From Schizochytrium sp. TIO01 (taxonomy: Eukaryota > Protista > Bigyra: Labyrinthulomycetes): a stretch of 64,000 bases of DNA. The stretch covers positions 2,790,001 to 2,854,000 of the forward strand of contig SMSO01000034.1 of assembly GCA_004764695.1 (NCBI GenBank), given 5' to 3'. How positions within the stretch are numbered: position 1 is the stretch's first letter; each line of letters begins with the position of its first letter. The notes below the pieces were generated by a model. It did not search any database. It was not told where the DNA came from and saw nothing but the letters and a program-made list of their open reading frames with translations. Shown piece after piece: positions 1-13,611 of the stretch. Both the position numbers and the translations under genes were made by a program.

Positions 1-3000
1 CAATTCTGTGAAAACTACCGCTGCTACAATGAAGATCCTTGAAGAAAAGCAGTGACAGAACCATCCACGAATATTCTGAAGCAAGGCAAACTATTGTTCG
101 CTACCCAGCCAGAAAAATCTGCGCGATTTGGTTGCCGCAAATCAATATTAAATTCGCAGGCACTCGACCGAAGCTTCAATGCTAACGCAATAAGCCGTTT
201 AAATTTATGAGGATGGACCATGCCGCCATCCATCCAAATAAGTTACGACTTAAACTGTTACAAGGTGACGCTAGGGGCTGACGACACCGACGGTTAGCGG
301 GCTATGCAAGGAAGATTGTAGTAGTTAAGCACGCTAGTTTTTTAAATAGCAATGGAATTCTTAATTATTACATTTGGAGAATTCAGAAGCAGGACTTTTG
401 CCTTGGCAGAGTGGGAGGCTTAAGCAACGCGCAGAAGCAGACCATATGATATGATTCATATTTGAGCAACCGCCAAAGCCTTCGGCCCCTTCATGTATGA
501 TTCTTTTCATCAGCGATTAACAGAGACGATTAATCATCTACGTGTGTACTGCTCACGCATTTGACCAGCAGGACTTCGACTTCAGCACCGCTTCAGAAAT
601 TGAATCTTTAGAGCTATTACTACTAGTTGTCTTTTAGTAATGCTTTTCCTTTCTTGCTTGCCTAAGCTTCTTGGTTTCCCCATTTGGCACTGCACTGATG
701 TTTCGTCAGCCTAAGCAACACCTGTCGTAATACCTTCAACGCTGATGATAGTTCTGGGGAAGAGAAAGGCACATGATAGCTGCCTTTTACGACAAAGTAC
801 CTACCGCCATTCCATAGGTAACCTTCTGCTATTGAAATTCGCGACAGACCCTCTGTCGTCATGACGTTAGTATTATCATCGTTAAAAAGAAGCATCATCA
901 TCATGGTCATCGATGTGACGCCATTGATGTTAAATGAGAAAGAGAAAACTTCCGAAGTAAATAACCTTAAAAGAAAAAGATTCTTTTTAAGAATTAAAAT
1001 TATAGGTTATTATATTAAAAAATGCCGATAGTCTTTGAAAAAGAAAGAAAAAGAAATTGAATGGTGTGCTTTCATCATAGTGATGATGAACCACCCTCGG
1101 AAAACAAATCTCGTTTCTGCCAATCACAAAACACAAAGTCTGAGACCCTCGGACAGAGACCGCTGTTTCACCGTTCTCAGAACCAAGACTTAGTTTGGAG
1201 CATGTAGACATTCTTCTCCTCACCTTTCGTTATTCCCTGTCAATCAGGTGATCATGATGTGGGCCAAGAGCGTGGACGAGTCAGAGATGGAAATACTATC
1301 AACCTGTCAAAAACCTCGCACAACGACAGGCTGGTTAGTTACATCTTCGGACTTTGGGAGGCAGGCAGCAAAGGCTGGACTAGCATTGCTGCATCCTCAT
1401 GACATGATCATTTGGTTGAACCCGAACATCAGGACCATTCAACTTGACCCAAACACAGGCCTCCTCGGTTTCGAGTTGGTTCGAGAATCGCAATGATGCT
1501 ACAAGCCTTGAGCACCACCTCTCCTTTTCATGAATACAGTGCTGAGACTAGTCAGTGATGGCACTGCACTGCCTTCTTCCATTCCGAACCGTGAATTTGG
1601 CCTCTTTCTTCAAGTTCTCTTACTCCTCGCCGTGAGATGGTGCCACAAAGTTCGCTGTGACCGTCTGACGGCTGGCTGAGAGAGCGGTGACCTATCTTTC
1701 CGTTTATTATGCGCTCTGCCAAACCACTTGACCATAGCCAACCACTGGCAGTGTGAGGTGAGTGACGATAGGGAGAGCTCTCTGAATGACCATTCTCAGC
1801 TTCGCCAAGTATCACAACTTAAAATTCGATGGATGCGTGAGTGTTCTTGTCATTACTTTGATCTCAAAGTGTAGCAGTAGCAGGTATGCATTATTCCTGT
1901 CCTTCCTTCTGTACGTAGTAGTACTGGTAGTTGTTATTTGTGGCTATAAATCATCGTCTATTTCTCTTATGCGGATCAGTGACCATTGAAAATACGCTTA
2001 TATTCTTAACTTCTTTTTTTCTTTTTTTCCCTTTCAAGAAAAAAGCATTCTGTTTTCAAATGAGAAGAATGGGAAATAGAACAGTTGAGGAACATTGCTT
2101 ATATCACCTTGTACTAGGCAGCATTATGATCTAGTGCTAGTTGTGCTCTTATGATGCTTTGGTGCGGGTGCCTCTTATAGATAACATTAATGGTGGTCCT
2201 AGCTTCTATAACTATCGTCCTGGCAAAACTACCAAGAGTGATGCGTCTATGTTCAACCTGGCACACCAATGGGAACTCTGGGCTTGGATGTCAGAGAGCG
2301 TTCTTTGTTCTTCATATTATTACTATTGTGAAAGAAAGAAGACAGATAGAACCTTCCTTGTTCTTTGCTCTGTCTTCTCAAGCATGTATGGTGAAGTCAT
2401 GATAATTTCATATGATAGGAAATAGGATCGACTGAATGAATTTCACAGGCGCACAGGAGCACAATGTCTCGGTTTCTATGTGTTTCTATAAAAACTAGTC
2501 TTCTCAAGGAGACTTTCTCTAATGTTTAACGGTTATATTCATAACCCAACTGTTCGCATAGGGTATTGATGGACTTTGGGTGAGCAAGATGAATGATGGG
2601 GGGGTTGTAGAGATCTTCAAGTTGGTGCCGTAGAAATAGAAAAACTTCATTAATTGAAATAAATTCTATTGCTTGCTACCTGCCTAGTATTATAAATTGC
2701 TGGGCATAAAAAGCGGAGAAAAAGAGAAAAGAAAAGAAAAGAAAAAGACATCATGATTTAAAATTAATGTTTAATTTATAATCTAACATCGGATTAATGA
2801 AGAAGAACAGGTTTTTCCTTTTAAAAATATCTTTTTATAATGGCTTGAAGAAATAAGTTAGATGTTCTTTTATTTTTTAAATTAAAAATAACAAAAAATA
2901 TTTATTACAAAAATGTTTACTAATGCACAACCATTCTTTCGCTTGCTTGTGAATAATGATGATCAGTTTGCGTCAGAGGTGTGGTTCTGGTGTAGAGCTC

Positions 3001-6000
3001 TTAGTTAGGTTCTCCAAAGTTTACGACGGGACCTGATTTAAGCTTTCGTTTGCAGCTATCTGAGAACTAGAATAGCCGGGAATGCATTTCTTAAGAAAGG
3101 CTGTACTTTGGAAAGGCTGCTGCATAATAGCTTCAGAGAAATACCAACTTTCTGTCAATATGCTACCGAGGTGCTGCAGATTGGTCAAAGTCGGTTTCTT
3201 CTATAACCTCTAATTGCTGGCCATGTTGAGAGTGCATCATCTTAACGTTATGTGTAATGTACTGCACACTATACTATAGGAATTCTGCTCGCACAAGTGG
3301 TGCGCAGACTTCACCCTCGCTGCGTCATGTCATCTCATACCGCAATCGCCACCACAGAATACTACGAGTGTATTACTACTAAGAAGATGTAGAGCTGCAT
3401 AGCATAAAAATTAAGAGGCTTCAAGTGACGCAAGTTATCTCCTTTTTTTGGCGTGCGAGTGTGTACCTACCTAGTAGAGTACTAGCGATAGTAAGAGTTA
3501 TCAAAAGCCACGTGCTATTACTCTACCACCAACCTCAGCCCAGTCTGATCCGCAACGCAATATAAGCACTAACAAACGAAACTTCGTCGACGTTGGGTTG
3601 TATGTTGGTGAAGTATTTATGTAATGAAGTCTAAAAGGGGGAGCGTGAAGTTCTCGCATGGGTTGAAAAATTCATATGGTTGAAACGTGTTGCGCTACAG
3701 TGAAGGGTTCTTCCAACGACTTGGTCTTTCCTCCTTCGCGGGCACAGGGGATCTGATCGATATTCTTGGCAGGAGGTTTGCGGGGATAGCCTCCTCCTTA
3801 TGTAGGTTCAACTTTATAAAACGCGAGCAGTGTTAGAATAACGGTATCTGTGCTAGATATGCTCGCCCCTACTCTTGCGAACAGTGAAGTGGATCAACAA
3901 AAGAAAGAAACTCTAAAATGAACCTACGGCAGATTTGTCTTGCGCATTTACATATAGATTATCTATAGATAACACTTTTGCGACAAGCCTTCCTACATGT
4001 TTGTATGTTTGCAACTGCTCGCTGGTTCAACCTGACGTATTGCATGATTATTATAAACATACCTACCTATACAATTCTCACTCACCCCTATTTCTATCGG
4101 AGTTATACTAGTCTTTACCACGTCGTTGTCGGTGTTGTCTACAGCACATAGTAAGGTAATGTTAGTAAAGTACTGTGTGACTTCTTCGTTACCTCATGTC
4201 TCCTTTTTATGAGTGCAGAACCAAGAAGTTGTAGCTGGTGCACCACTATTGTTTGCAATAGTGCAGAACGAGACTTTGATAACTTTGGGTTCCAGATACC
4301 CTTCCTTCTCCTTTTCGTCAAATTTGGGAAAGACCATGATCATATCAAAAACTTCATAGGAGCTAATCCAAAACGAAGGCTTTTAGTGCTCAGACCTTGG
4401 GGATATATCTTTGTTGTCAATTCCAAATGGCCCTTAAGCGCGGCGCTTTCTTGGTTGTCTTTTTTCTCGCGGAATCCAAGAAAGGCCAGCGAGGGAGCGA
4501 CGAAACTAAAGCACACGAGCTATGTGACTTCAGTTTAAAAAGAAAAATGAAAAGAGAGAATCGCACTTTTGGACTTCTACTTCAGAATAGTACAGAGGAC
4601 ATAAAAATATTTTACCTTGACAAATAAGTAGAAACGAAAACATAAAAGCTTCGTTGTTCTGTTCTATTTCATCTAATTAAAGCCCCTTTACATTTACTTC
4701 CTTTTAAAAAGCAGAGTAAAGTTTCTAGTTCTCTAGTTTCGTTTTTTGTTATTTTTAATTATTAATTATTATTAAAATGTTTTAGTATAATGTTATTGTA
4801 TTAAAATGTTGATAATTAATAGAAGAGTAAAAAAAGAGAAAGAACGAAAAGAACGTTGACCATATTAGACCAGAGTTTCACCCTAACTTGACCCGGTATT
4901 ACTACCAAAATAAATGAGCAATTTTAATCAATAACAGAAATTATATAAATTAAATAAAATGGAACAGTGTAAGACAAGATAGAACGATAAATAATATTAT
5001 TTTACCAACACTAACAGTAGTCCTAGTAATAGCACTAGTTCATTTCGGGTCCTTGTCAACAAATTCCGGCCAGGATTCTACGTTGAAGCTGTCTTGATTA
5101 AGCACTTTATGGATGGCGAAGCCGCCAGTGCTCGGATACTGGGATATAAGGTCACTTGACAACGCAGTATGATCCATAGTCCATCACGAAGCTTCTCTTA
5201 CCTGAGGACAATTCAAAGGCAGAGCCATAAATTTCAGGTTGTTAGCAAATCAATCAAGTTGTCTTCGAATATTGCGGGGGCAAATGGGAACGTGTGAAAA
5301 AGAGCCGTCCGGATGGCCAAATCAACCAAGACAAACTTCGAAGAGCCTGAACAAATTGATGTTAGTAACGATAGCAGTAAGATTATAAACTGGTTACGGA
5401 TTCCTATCTTCGAACTTTGTTGGAGTTGAGGGGATCTTTGTGAACTGGTGAGCAAACTTTGAGATATAAGAAGCCTGGCGCTATGCTGGCCCTATACTAA
5501 AGCACTACTGCTACACTAAGCTCTAACTGTAGATTTGACGAGGAAGCGAATACTCGGAATCCGACACTTCGGAGACCGATAGATGAGGCATTAGCTTAGC
5601 ACAGGCTGTGACTCGAGGCATCACTTGAAGCTTATCGTAGCTATGGTTTGCTATCGGAAACGTGCCTAAGCTTTCCGGTAAGGAGTTAGGTCTCACGAGG
5701 TTTCCATATAACTAGTTATAAGCAGGGTTCGAACAAATTAATGATAAATTGATCGATTGCTTTCCGGGCGGTTCTTAGAATTTCAAGCAACAGAGTTCAT
5801 GATCCATAGCTATGAATTGGTGACATGTTTTGACTTAAAGTTTTACACAACTATGCGAAAGGGTTGATTGAGTGAAAGGCGTAGGGGGGGGGGGCGACCC
5901 TTAGAGCTAGCTTTATTCACATCCTAGCCTTTTGGAATATTACATTGCAAGGTTTTGATCATGATACTACTATAACCTTGAACAGCGGACAGAGGTTGTG

Positions 6001-8085
6001 TTTTGGAAAGTATGAAGGAAAGTGAACCACTACACTGACGACACTGATTAGGATAAGGGGTGTGCATGTGTCTTCAGTTTGAGGCCTCTTTTCTCACTTT
6101 TCCTTTAGGCAAACGAACTCCTCAGGTGTCCTGCGAGGAAACAAGTCAGACTTTAGTCCGAGACACTAAGCAACGATACTTGAATTCCATACCGAGGTGA
6201 GAATGAGCCTCTCAAGGCATTGCTTGATAGATTGAACAAATGCTTTGGCTAGGAAACTAGCTAGCTGCATAGTTTATTATTGATCATCAACAGACAATAT
6301 ATCAGTCGAGACCAGCAGGAAGAAAACTCCGTCGCTAATTCGGGCTCGTGCTCTGTTCATGCTAGCTAAAATGGACCAGAGCACGAAGCAACTTTGTATA
6401 CCAAGTACCTATCTATCTGGCGATTTAGCAAGCGTTCAAGGCGTGTTAATTATTATCTGCCTATCCACTCTTTATGAATTCACCTAAAGAATCGCAGACA
6501 GAATCTGAATCGGACGTTTTAGCCAGGCAAATGTAGTTCAAAACAATAATAGGACAGGTGAAATGCTGTGTAAGAAAGCACGAACAATGAACTCTAATAT
6601 GATGAACCCCACCAATGGGAATAATGAATTTTGATAAACCCAACAACAAACTAATGAATAGAAGACTTTGCTGCGAATGGTGAGCCATTGATTTGGAGAG
6701 CTATCTTTTGACGCTTGAAGGTAAATCTAGTTAGGAATGCAAATTGTGTCTGCAGTTTCTTGTTATGCATTTCCAAGGCTGACGATTTATCTTCCTTGGG
6801 CTCAATATGAACGCTACGACTCAGCTCAACATCCTCATTCAGTACAGTATCTTTAAAACTTGAACATCGACATACTTTCGAGTTCCGCTCGATTACTCAG
6901 AAGTCAAATTAGTCTTTTCACAACAGGGGGTCAACCTGGGCACGTGTGTAGATAGTATCTTGCGCAACTTTTTATTAACGCTGTCGCAAAGTCTTTTGGA
7001 ACGCTGACTTCCAGTGATCTATAATTCTCATTAGCACACAATATAGACTATCAGGTGAGAAGGTATTAGCGGCTCAAACTCCAACGATGTAGAGTGAATT
7101 TGCCAGATTTCTAAAGTTTCTAGCTCATACTACCATGGGCATGTCAATGCGTGCCTCAATCTTTCCGTAGAAAAGATCAACCGTTTGTCACGGTGCGCTC
7201 AATTCTGTACTTCAAAATTTAGTTTCCAACCTCGTTGTATCCTCAAACTGAATCATGTCCGCCCTCATGCACAAGAGGAATGTTTTTTCAAACAAACATG
7301 GTTTAAAATCCCAAAGGTTTCTTCAATCATCTGATTGCTACTGCTATTTTAAGGACGACCGGTCAAAGAAATTCTTTGAGTTGGGATGATCATTCGATAT
7401 CACCCTAAGACAGTAGCAACTCACATACGAAAGATTTACACTGAAAGCCTCCAGGTTCGGTAGAAGTATGTTTGTTCGTTATAAAAAGCAAGCGGGGCGT
7501 CATTTGTCTTTCTTTGCTTTGGACCTCTACAAAATCGGCTGTTTTCAGGGACAATCCAATGACCAATTAGTCTGTTTACTGTCGGCTTTTGAAATAATAA
7601 AGAGTCATTTCCTTCGGCACTTCCCTTCATCTCATTTAGTTTCAGATTTGCAGATCAAGCCTCTTGTCGCAAAGTGTGATGTCTTCAATAAATATTTCCG
7701 TCCATCGTATGACTCTTATTCGCCTGGAAATCATTACTCTTGTACATTTGGCCCAAATAATTGCCTAAATGCAATCTTATTGGGTTTCGCGTATACTCTT
7801 CTCTTGGGATTTATGCATGAGATATCATTCTCTACGAAGCAGAGGAAATAGAAAAGAAGAGAAAGATAAGGCTATTTATGTTTATGTACGTTCATATACG
7901 CAGTACGCAAGAAATTTGACTTGATAATGTGAAATGGGAAATACAATCGAGTGCTTGTTGCGGACTACCACGGCCGCGCCATGACAATAACAAATGAGAA
8001 GCATAGAAATGCAGAAAACGGATTAGATCAGCATCACAAAGTGGCGAAGGTGACCTGACTATTAGTGTGTAATTTCGGTACGTTC

Positions 8086-9603
8086 CTACAGATTTTGTGC
8101 AGCGTATTCATTCAATGAGCGATCCATGCTTGAAACCCAGAGCGACCTGGCATTGGCACCAAAAACAAGGCCGGTAACGGGCTTTTTATGATCATAGAGT
8201 TGGACCACTGCTCCCCAAGGATCCTTCTTCTTCTTCTTTGCGGGCTTGCCAAGAATGCTCACCTGACCACTCTCCTCACCAACAGCAAGGTAATTTCCTG
8301 TATTGTCAAACGTAATAGCTACTGGTGTAGAATCAAATTTCTGTGCGCTGGTTTCCTGAACGGTGCGCAGATCCCAAATGCGAACTTGACCATCTTCACC
8401 GGATGAAGCAAGGAGGTAGCCGTTCTCGGAAAATGCCAGCTTCGTAATGGGTGCACCATGATCCATAGGCTCCACGACTGGGCCCTTGCCAGGGTCGGCA
8501 ATAGCATTGTAAAGAGAGATTTTACCAGCTGATCCAGCCACTGCAAAGAGACGGCCATCCGGATGCCACAGAGCACAGCTCAGGTCATCATCCTCAGCGT
8601 TTTTCAACTCAGAGTTTCCGCTTTCTAGGCTGGTCACGGTCCAGAAGCTGTCACCACCCGCTGTAAGCAAAACACGGTTGCTCGGGTGAAGACGAGCAGA
8701 AACCACTGCCTTCGCATGCAACTTGAGTGTATGCTTGAGTTTAATAGACTCAGGGTCTGCGAAGTCACCTGTGCAAACGTTCACATTCTTGTCGTAGGCA
8801 CCAGAGACAAGAACCCCTTCAGCAACACACATGCTGATGTCGCTAACACGTCCCTTGTGTCTGCTAGGAGTAGCGAGAATCTGTCCTTCCCGCGCATCAA
8901 TAAGCTTTACCTCACCGTCAACGCCACCCGACGCAACGTACTTAGTTGGTTGAATTCCGCATTTAATGCTAAATTCATCAACGGCGACGCATGAAACACC
9001 AGGTTTACTAGCCTTGTGGGGATTGAGTGATTTTTGTTTCCCCCAAGAACCACCATCAGTCTTGAGATCGGCCAACGTGCCATCTCCTGGTTTGGGAGCC
9101 TTCCATGCGGTACGTATGTTTTGCAGCTCATCTGCCGTAGCACGAATGAGGACACCCAACCGCCCATTATCATTGTCAGTGTCCATGGCAACTGCGCCAC
9201 CGGCGCGCTGCAAATCCTCCTTGAGCTGCTTATTTTCGGACATCAAGCGAGCAATCACAGCACCGGCAGCTTCACGCTCATAGAGGGCTGTGGCCAAGTC
9301 TTTACGCGTCTCCAGGAGCTCCTTTCGCAGGTTGACCTGCTCCAACAGTAAACTATCCCATTCATTTTGCAGCGTAGACAAGATTGTCGGGAAAGAGTTG
9401 TTTGCTGGAGGTCTAGGGAGTGTCACTTGACTCGTTTTCACCTTGTGAAGATCACTGCTCGGGTCCAAAGAAACTCCAGTTACAGGACATTTGCCACCGT
9501 CTGCTTCCAGAGCCTTGCGCAAAAGACGTTCTTCATAGATTAAACCGGTCTTCGGGCTGAAGACAGGCTCTTGCACTACCTGGCCCGAAATTGCACAAAA
9601 CAT
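8086..9603 (-). CDS. PRP19: Pre-mRNA-processing factor 19 (U-box E3 ligase, coiled coil, WD40)
   Basis: 505 aa ORF. N-terminal U-box MFCAISGQVVQEPV...IYEERLL...CPVTG, Prp19 coiled coil PTILSTLQNEWDSLLLE...LATALYEREAA, then WD40 repeats (HPDG, FSENGYLLAS, RIWDLR). Confidence 0.96.
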   Translation of the reverse strand: MFCAISGQVVQEPVFSPKTGLIYEERLLRKALEADGGKCPVTGVSLDPSSDLHKVKTSQVTLPRPPANNSFPTILSTLQNEWDSLLLEQVNLRKELLETRKDLATALYEREAAGAVIARLMSENKQLKEDLQRAGGAVAMDTDNDNGRLGVLIRATADELQNIRTAWKAPKPGDGTLADLKTDGGSWGKQKSLNPHKASKPGVSCVAVDEFSIKCGIQPTKYVASGGVDGEVKLIDAREGQILATPSRHKGRVSDISMCVAEGVLVSGAYDKNVNVCTGDFADPESIKLKHTLKLHAKAVVSARLHPSNRVLLTAGGDSFWTVTSLESGNSELKNAEDDDLSCALWHPDGRLFAVAGSAGKISLYNAIADPGKGPVVEPMDHGAPITKLAFSENGYLLASSGEDGQVRIWDLRTVQETSAQKFDSTPVAITFDNTGNYLAVGEESGQVSILGKPAKKKKKDPWGAVVQLYDHKKPVTGLVFGANARSLWVSSMDRSLNEYAAQNL

Positions 9604-10885
9604 TTTTCCTCTGTACGATTTTCAATCCAGCGATTACCTAGGCTCTGTTCTGTCAACAGAGGCAGAAGAAGAAAGTAGCAGCAACAGCCGTCAGGCAATT
9701 GGTTTGTTTATATTAACGATGCCTTCGTGTCGCAGAAAAGCGACGCAAATAAGATAAAAATGTCTCGGGCTGTTTGAATGTTGAGGCCCGTGCAGCGATA
9801 TCAATGGATAGTTGCACAAACACAACCAGGCCCTTCAGCCCTGCCTGTACAAGCACCACTGCAAACGCTTAATGCAGAGCTTGTAGTAATCTTACACCTC
9901 TCACGCAAGGTTGAACCCCCACGCAAAGCAGAGTCTGCGCCCGTAGACAATTGGACGCCTAGATTGTGCTTTTGCAGCTGTCCTCATTCATTCATTCATT
10001 CATCCTATTTTTCATGATACTTTGCATAGTCACCCATCTACCTATTGTGGTAGTAGATGGTACAGTAGCAGTACCTGACATACATAGGCTTTTAATTAAT
10101 ATAATAAGAAGCGGCGATTCCTTCACTCTTTCAAGTTCACTCATTTATACAATTCATCACTCTGTAACAAGTCACAAATCTACTGCTAAGTAAGTACGTA
10201 GTGTTTCTACGGTGTCGATAGTATTAGAAGGCACTAGTTTGAAGGTAAGCACCGCTACCTACTACTAATCCTGACATTTCCAAGTTAAGGGTGCGTATTT
10301 TAACATGCTATTTCAGACGTAACGTGCGTATTTTATTAAAATTGTGCACGACATATAGGTAGGCAGGAGCCTAGTGCTAATTGATCAGTAGTTTGTTACT
10401 GAGGAAGAATATATTGTGTTCTAGAGTAAACAATAAGTAGTAGATAGCAGTACTCTATTTTTGATAAGCAAGAATATCCTTGCTTTGTATCCGTTGTGAT
10501 TTCAGTCTCCAAAAGGTACTTTCATGATTGCTGAAGCAGAGGTAACATAGATACGAAAATGTTTTGAATATTATTCCTCAATTTCAAAGTGAATCCTACC
10601 TAAGCAAGGGTTTTTACGTATTCATAAAGGCGAATCAATATAACAGCCTTTAAATAACTGCAGATTTTAGAAGCACTTGCTTACAGAGTGATTGAAGGAC
10701 GGTGTTTGACGCTTCAATATAACCATAGAGACAACAACACGCCTCGCAAGAGTGGAGGCGTAACTTCTCAGACTCAAAGGAGATACAGCAAGAAGCAACG
10801 CTTGGAGTCGTTTAAGATTAATTGGTTTTGCGTGGCAGGTTTTCAGATAAAAGGTTGATCGAGACATGCGGAGAGTGCTATAGAC

Positions 10886-13036
10886 ATGCGACAAGATGCC
10901 ATCGATACATGGCTTCATGAGTGTGTCCTTCGAGATGAAGCCCCTGTTAATTTGCAAGGTACACTTGCGAGAATAGGGGCAAAGCAGGTAAAATACTACG
11001 AAAGTCTCTTTGATCTTGTCAGCACAGATAAGAGCGGATCCATCACAGTGGAGGAGATCTTTAGCTTTCGCAAAGTTTTGGGCATATGTACAGATTCTAT
11101 TATTCAAGTAGAGGATTGGATCTCTGCTGTCGATCAAAGCCGTGATGGAGAGATTCAAAAAACAGAATTCATTGTCTTCATGCATATTGCGCACCAAAAG
11201 GGAACCTTAGAAGACATTGAATTTCTTCGAAACGCTGGCCCCTTCAGTGCACAAAAACGAGCAAGCAGCGAAGTCAAATGGCGAGATTACATTCTTCAAA
11301 CCCTAGAAGACCCCTCGTCGTCATCGGTGGCCGGTCTTTTGAGTTTTTTCATCATCATTCTTATTTTATTGTCAGTTGTTGCATATTGTATGGAGACAGT
11401 TCCACGTGTGGAGGAGTGGGATTCTGTTATGCAGGCCCTTACCATAACTGAAATTGTGTCTGTTGCTGTCTTCACTGCTGAGCTTGTTGCTCGCTTTGTA
11501 TGTACAAGAAATCGCTTACGCTTTGTCCTGAATATTATGAATATTATTGACCTTCTTGCGATTGTGCCATTCTATGTGGACTTATATCTAAGTGCAAGTA
11601 ATCAGGACACAGGAAGTAATAGTTCACGAGCCTTGCGAGTCGCGCGGCTTACTCGAATTGCAAGAATATTTAAACTTTCACGTTATCTGAGCTGGCTAAG
11701 GCTCTACAATAGCGCACTCACAAAGGCTCGTTTTCCTTTAGGTATGGCATTCTTTGTTACACTTATCAGCCTCATAATATTTGCCTCCATTATCTATTTT
11801 GCAGAAAGAGGAACCTATGACGGCACACAATATGTGGATGAAACAGGCGCAAGGAAAGATTTTCAGAGTATTTTCGATGGTTTATACTGGGCTGTGATTA
11901 CTGTTACGACGGTGGGTTACGGCGACCTGACACCAGAAACATCCTTAGGACGTATTATTGGCGTTGTTGCACTAATAACTGGTGTACTCATTCTCGCTAT
12001 CCCAATCTCTATCTTCAGTACACATTTTGAGTACGAATACTCTGAGCTGATCAAACGGAGGCAACGTATGCAGCAGCGCAAACGAGAAGAAGAGCATCTC
12101 AGAGCGCTTCCTTCGCACGCTGAGGCAATCTTTGATGGTGTAAACCAGATTTATAATCGTCACATAAGACAGAGAAGTACTCAGTTAACAACAAACATAC
12201 GTAACAGTGCCTTTCTTGGATTGGATCGCCAACTATCTAAACTTAAGCTGGTGGCCACACGGATCTCCTCCCGGCAACTCCTCAGTCGCACAGCAAGTGA
12301 ACAAGTAAGTCTTCCCGAAAACAAAGAAAAGTTGAATACTTCAGGTGAAGAAGACCCCAACACGACTTTACTCCCGAGTTTAAGTGCACGACCAAGTCGT
12401 ACAGAGTCGCAGAACATTCAAGATGATGTTGCCCTTGCTGCTGAGTTTGTTGCGCATCTTGATGATCAGGATTTACCACCGCGTGTGGCTCTTCTTGAGG
12501 GTTTCCGTGCCCTAGAAGAAGCTCAAATCATGAGTTTGAAGCAGCGCAATAAGCTTCGCCAGATTATGTTGCAGCGCCAGATGCAGCGTATTGTCGATCG
12601 TCGTCGTGAAAAGCTTTGGCTTGAATGTAGAATTCTAGAACGAAAATTTCGCCAGGATATTATTCAGGGTATGATTGAAAGATATAGTACGTGGTTCATC
12701 AAGAGCGACGATGAATTTGAACAAGAAATTCTTCAAGCCGTTCTGCGTATTCAAAGGGTTATTCGTGGGGGAATGGCGCGCGTTGTATACTCTACCAAAA
12801 TGGTAGCCTACAGAGAGCAAGTTAGAAAACGCAATAGTCTTGTTGCTACAGAGAACCCACCCAAAGAACAGGCATTGCCCTCTGCATTTCCATCAAAATC
12901 TAAAGCTGCCGCCTCAACGGCGACCGCAGCAGCTTCAGCAGCCGTATCAGTTGCTGCATCAGCTGCAAAAACAGTAGCGCTTCAATCGTCCAGAAATTTG
13001 AAGAAAGTATCTAAACAAAATGCAAATATGCACTAG
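10886..13036 (+). CDS. Voltage-gated 6TM potassium channel with N-terminal EF-hand pair and C-terminal IQ motif
   Basis: 716 aa. Selectivity filter TVTTVGYGD; S4 RALRVARLTRIARIFKLSR; S3 NIIDLLAIVPFY; EF loops STDKSGSITVEE and DQSRDGEIQKTE; IQ motif IQRVIRGGMAR. An in-frame stop upstream supports this ATG. Confidence 0.92.
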   Translation: MRQDAIDTWLHECVLRDEAPVNLQGTLARIGAKQVKYYESLFDLVSTDKSGSITVEEIFSFRKVLGICTDSIIQVEDWISAVDQSRDGEIQKTEFIVFMHIAHQKGTLEDIEFLRNAGPFSAQKRASSEVKWRDYILQTLEDPSSSSVAGLLSFFIIILILLSVVAYCMETVPRVEEWDSVMQALTITEIVSVAVFTAELVARFVCTRNRLRFVLNIMNIIDLLAIVPFYVDLYLSASNQDTGSNSSRALRVARLTRIARIFKLSRYLSWLRLYNSALTKARFPLGMAFFVTLISLIIFASIIYFAERGTYDGTQYVDETGARKDFQSIFDGLYWAVITVTTVGYGDLTPETSLGRIIGVVALITGVLILAIPISIFSTHFEYEYSELIKRRQRMQQRKREEEHLRALPSHAEAIFDGVNQIYNRHIRQRSTQLTTNIRNSAFLGLDRQLSKLKLVATRISSRQLLSRTASEQVSLPENKEKLNTSGEEDPNTTLLPSLSARPSRTESQNIQDDVALAAEFVAHLDDQDLPPRVALLEGFRALEEAQIMSLKQRNKLRQIMLQRQMQRIVDRRREKLWLECRILERKFRQDIIQGMIERYSTWFIKSDDEFEQEILQAVLRIQRVIRGGMARVVYSTKMVAYREQVRKRNSLVATENPPKEQALPSAFPSKSKAAASTATAAASAAVSVAASAAKTVALQSSRNLKKVSKQNANMH

Positions 13037-13611
13037 CCATACATATCTGTGTCATATTATACCTTTCAGGTACTGAAATTTTTATATTGTGATCAACTTA
13101 AGTCATACAAATTCAATTCTTTCTTATAAGTTGGCATTACCTTATTATGCGCATGAAGGATGCACTAAGGGGGCGCAGCTATGTACTACATATAGTGCCT
13201 ACATATGTGGAGTCTGTTAAGCATAACCAATAAACGATTATCATCAGCGGTGATTGTGACGTAATGACGAATGTTTCCGATATAGATTATAAGGCTGTCT
13301 AGGTTTTGTCTGATAGCGCATGATTCCCTTTAAGGATAAGAACAAGGTTCATGGAAAATCCTATGCTCAGAACGAATCCCAAGACTTTTAAACTAAAGAT
13401 AAGTCTTTCTTGTTCTGTGAGGATATTTTATTTGCCAACATCGTCGCATTAACTACCTTGGCGTGATTGAATATTCTACCTGGCATCGCTAATAACAGAC
13501 ATCTCCCTCTAGAGGTACCTATGCAAGCAAAGAAAACAGCAAAAAATCAAATAAGCAGATAAAAGCAAACATGCAAAACAACTGAGAAACTCAGAAACCG
13601 ACAATCAGAAA

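Noticed and set aside
1-8085. Short ORFs in the first 8 kb (e.g. 7468-7851, 4209-4538, 5234-5455, 6461-6688)
   Set aside because: No recognisable domains and no consistent splice model. Remnants cannot be excluded without BLASTx.
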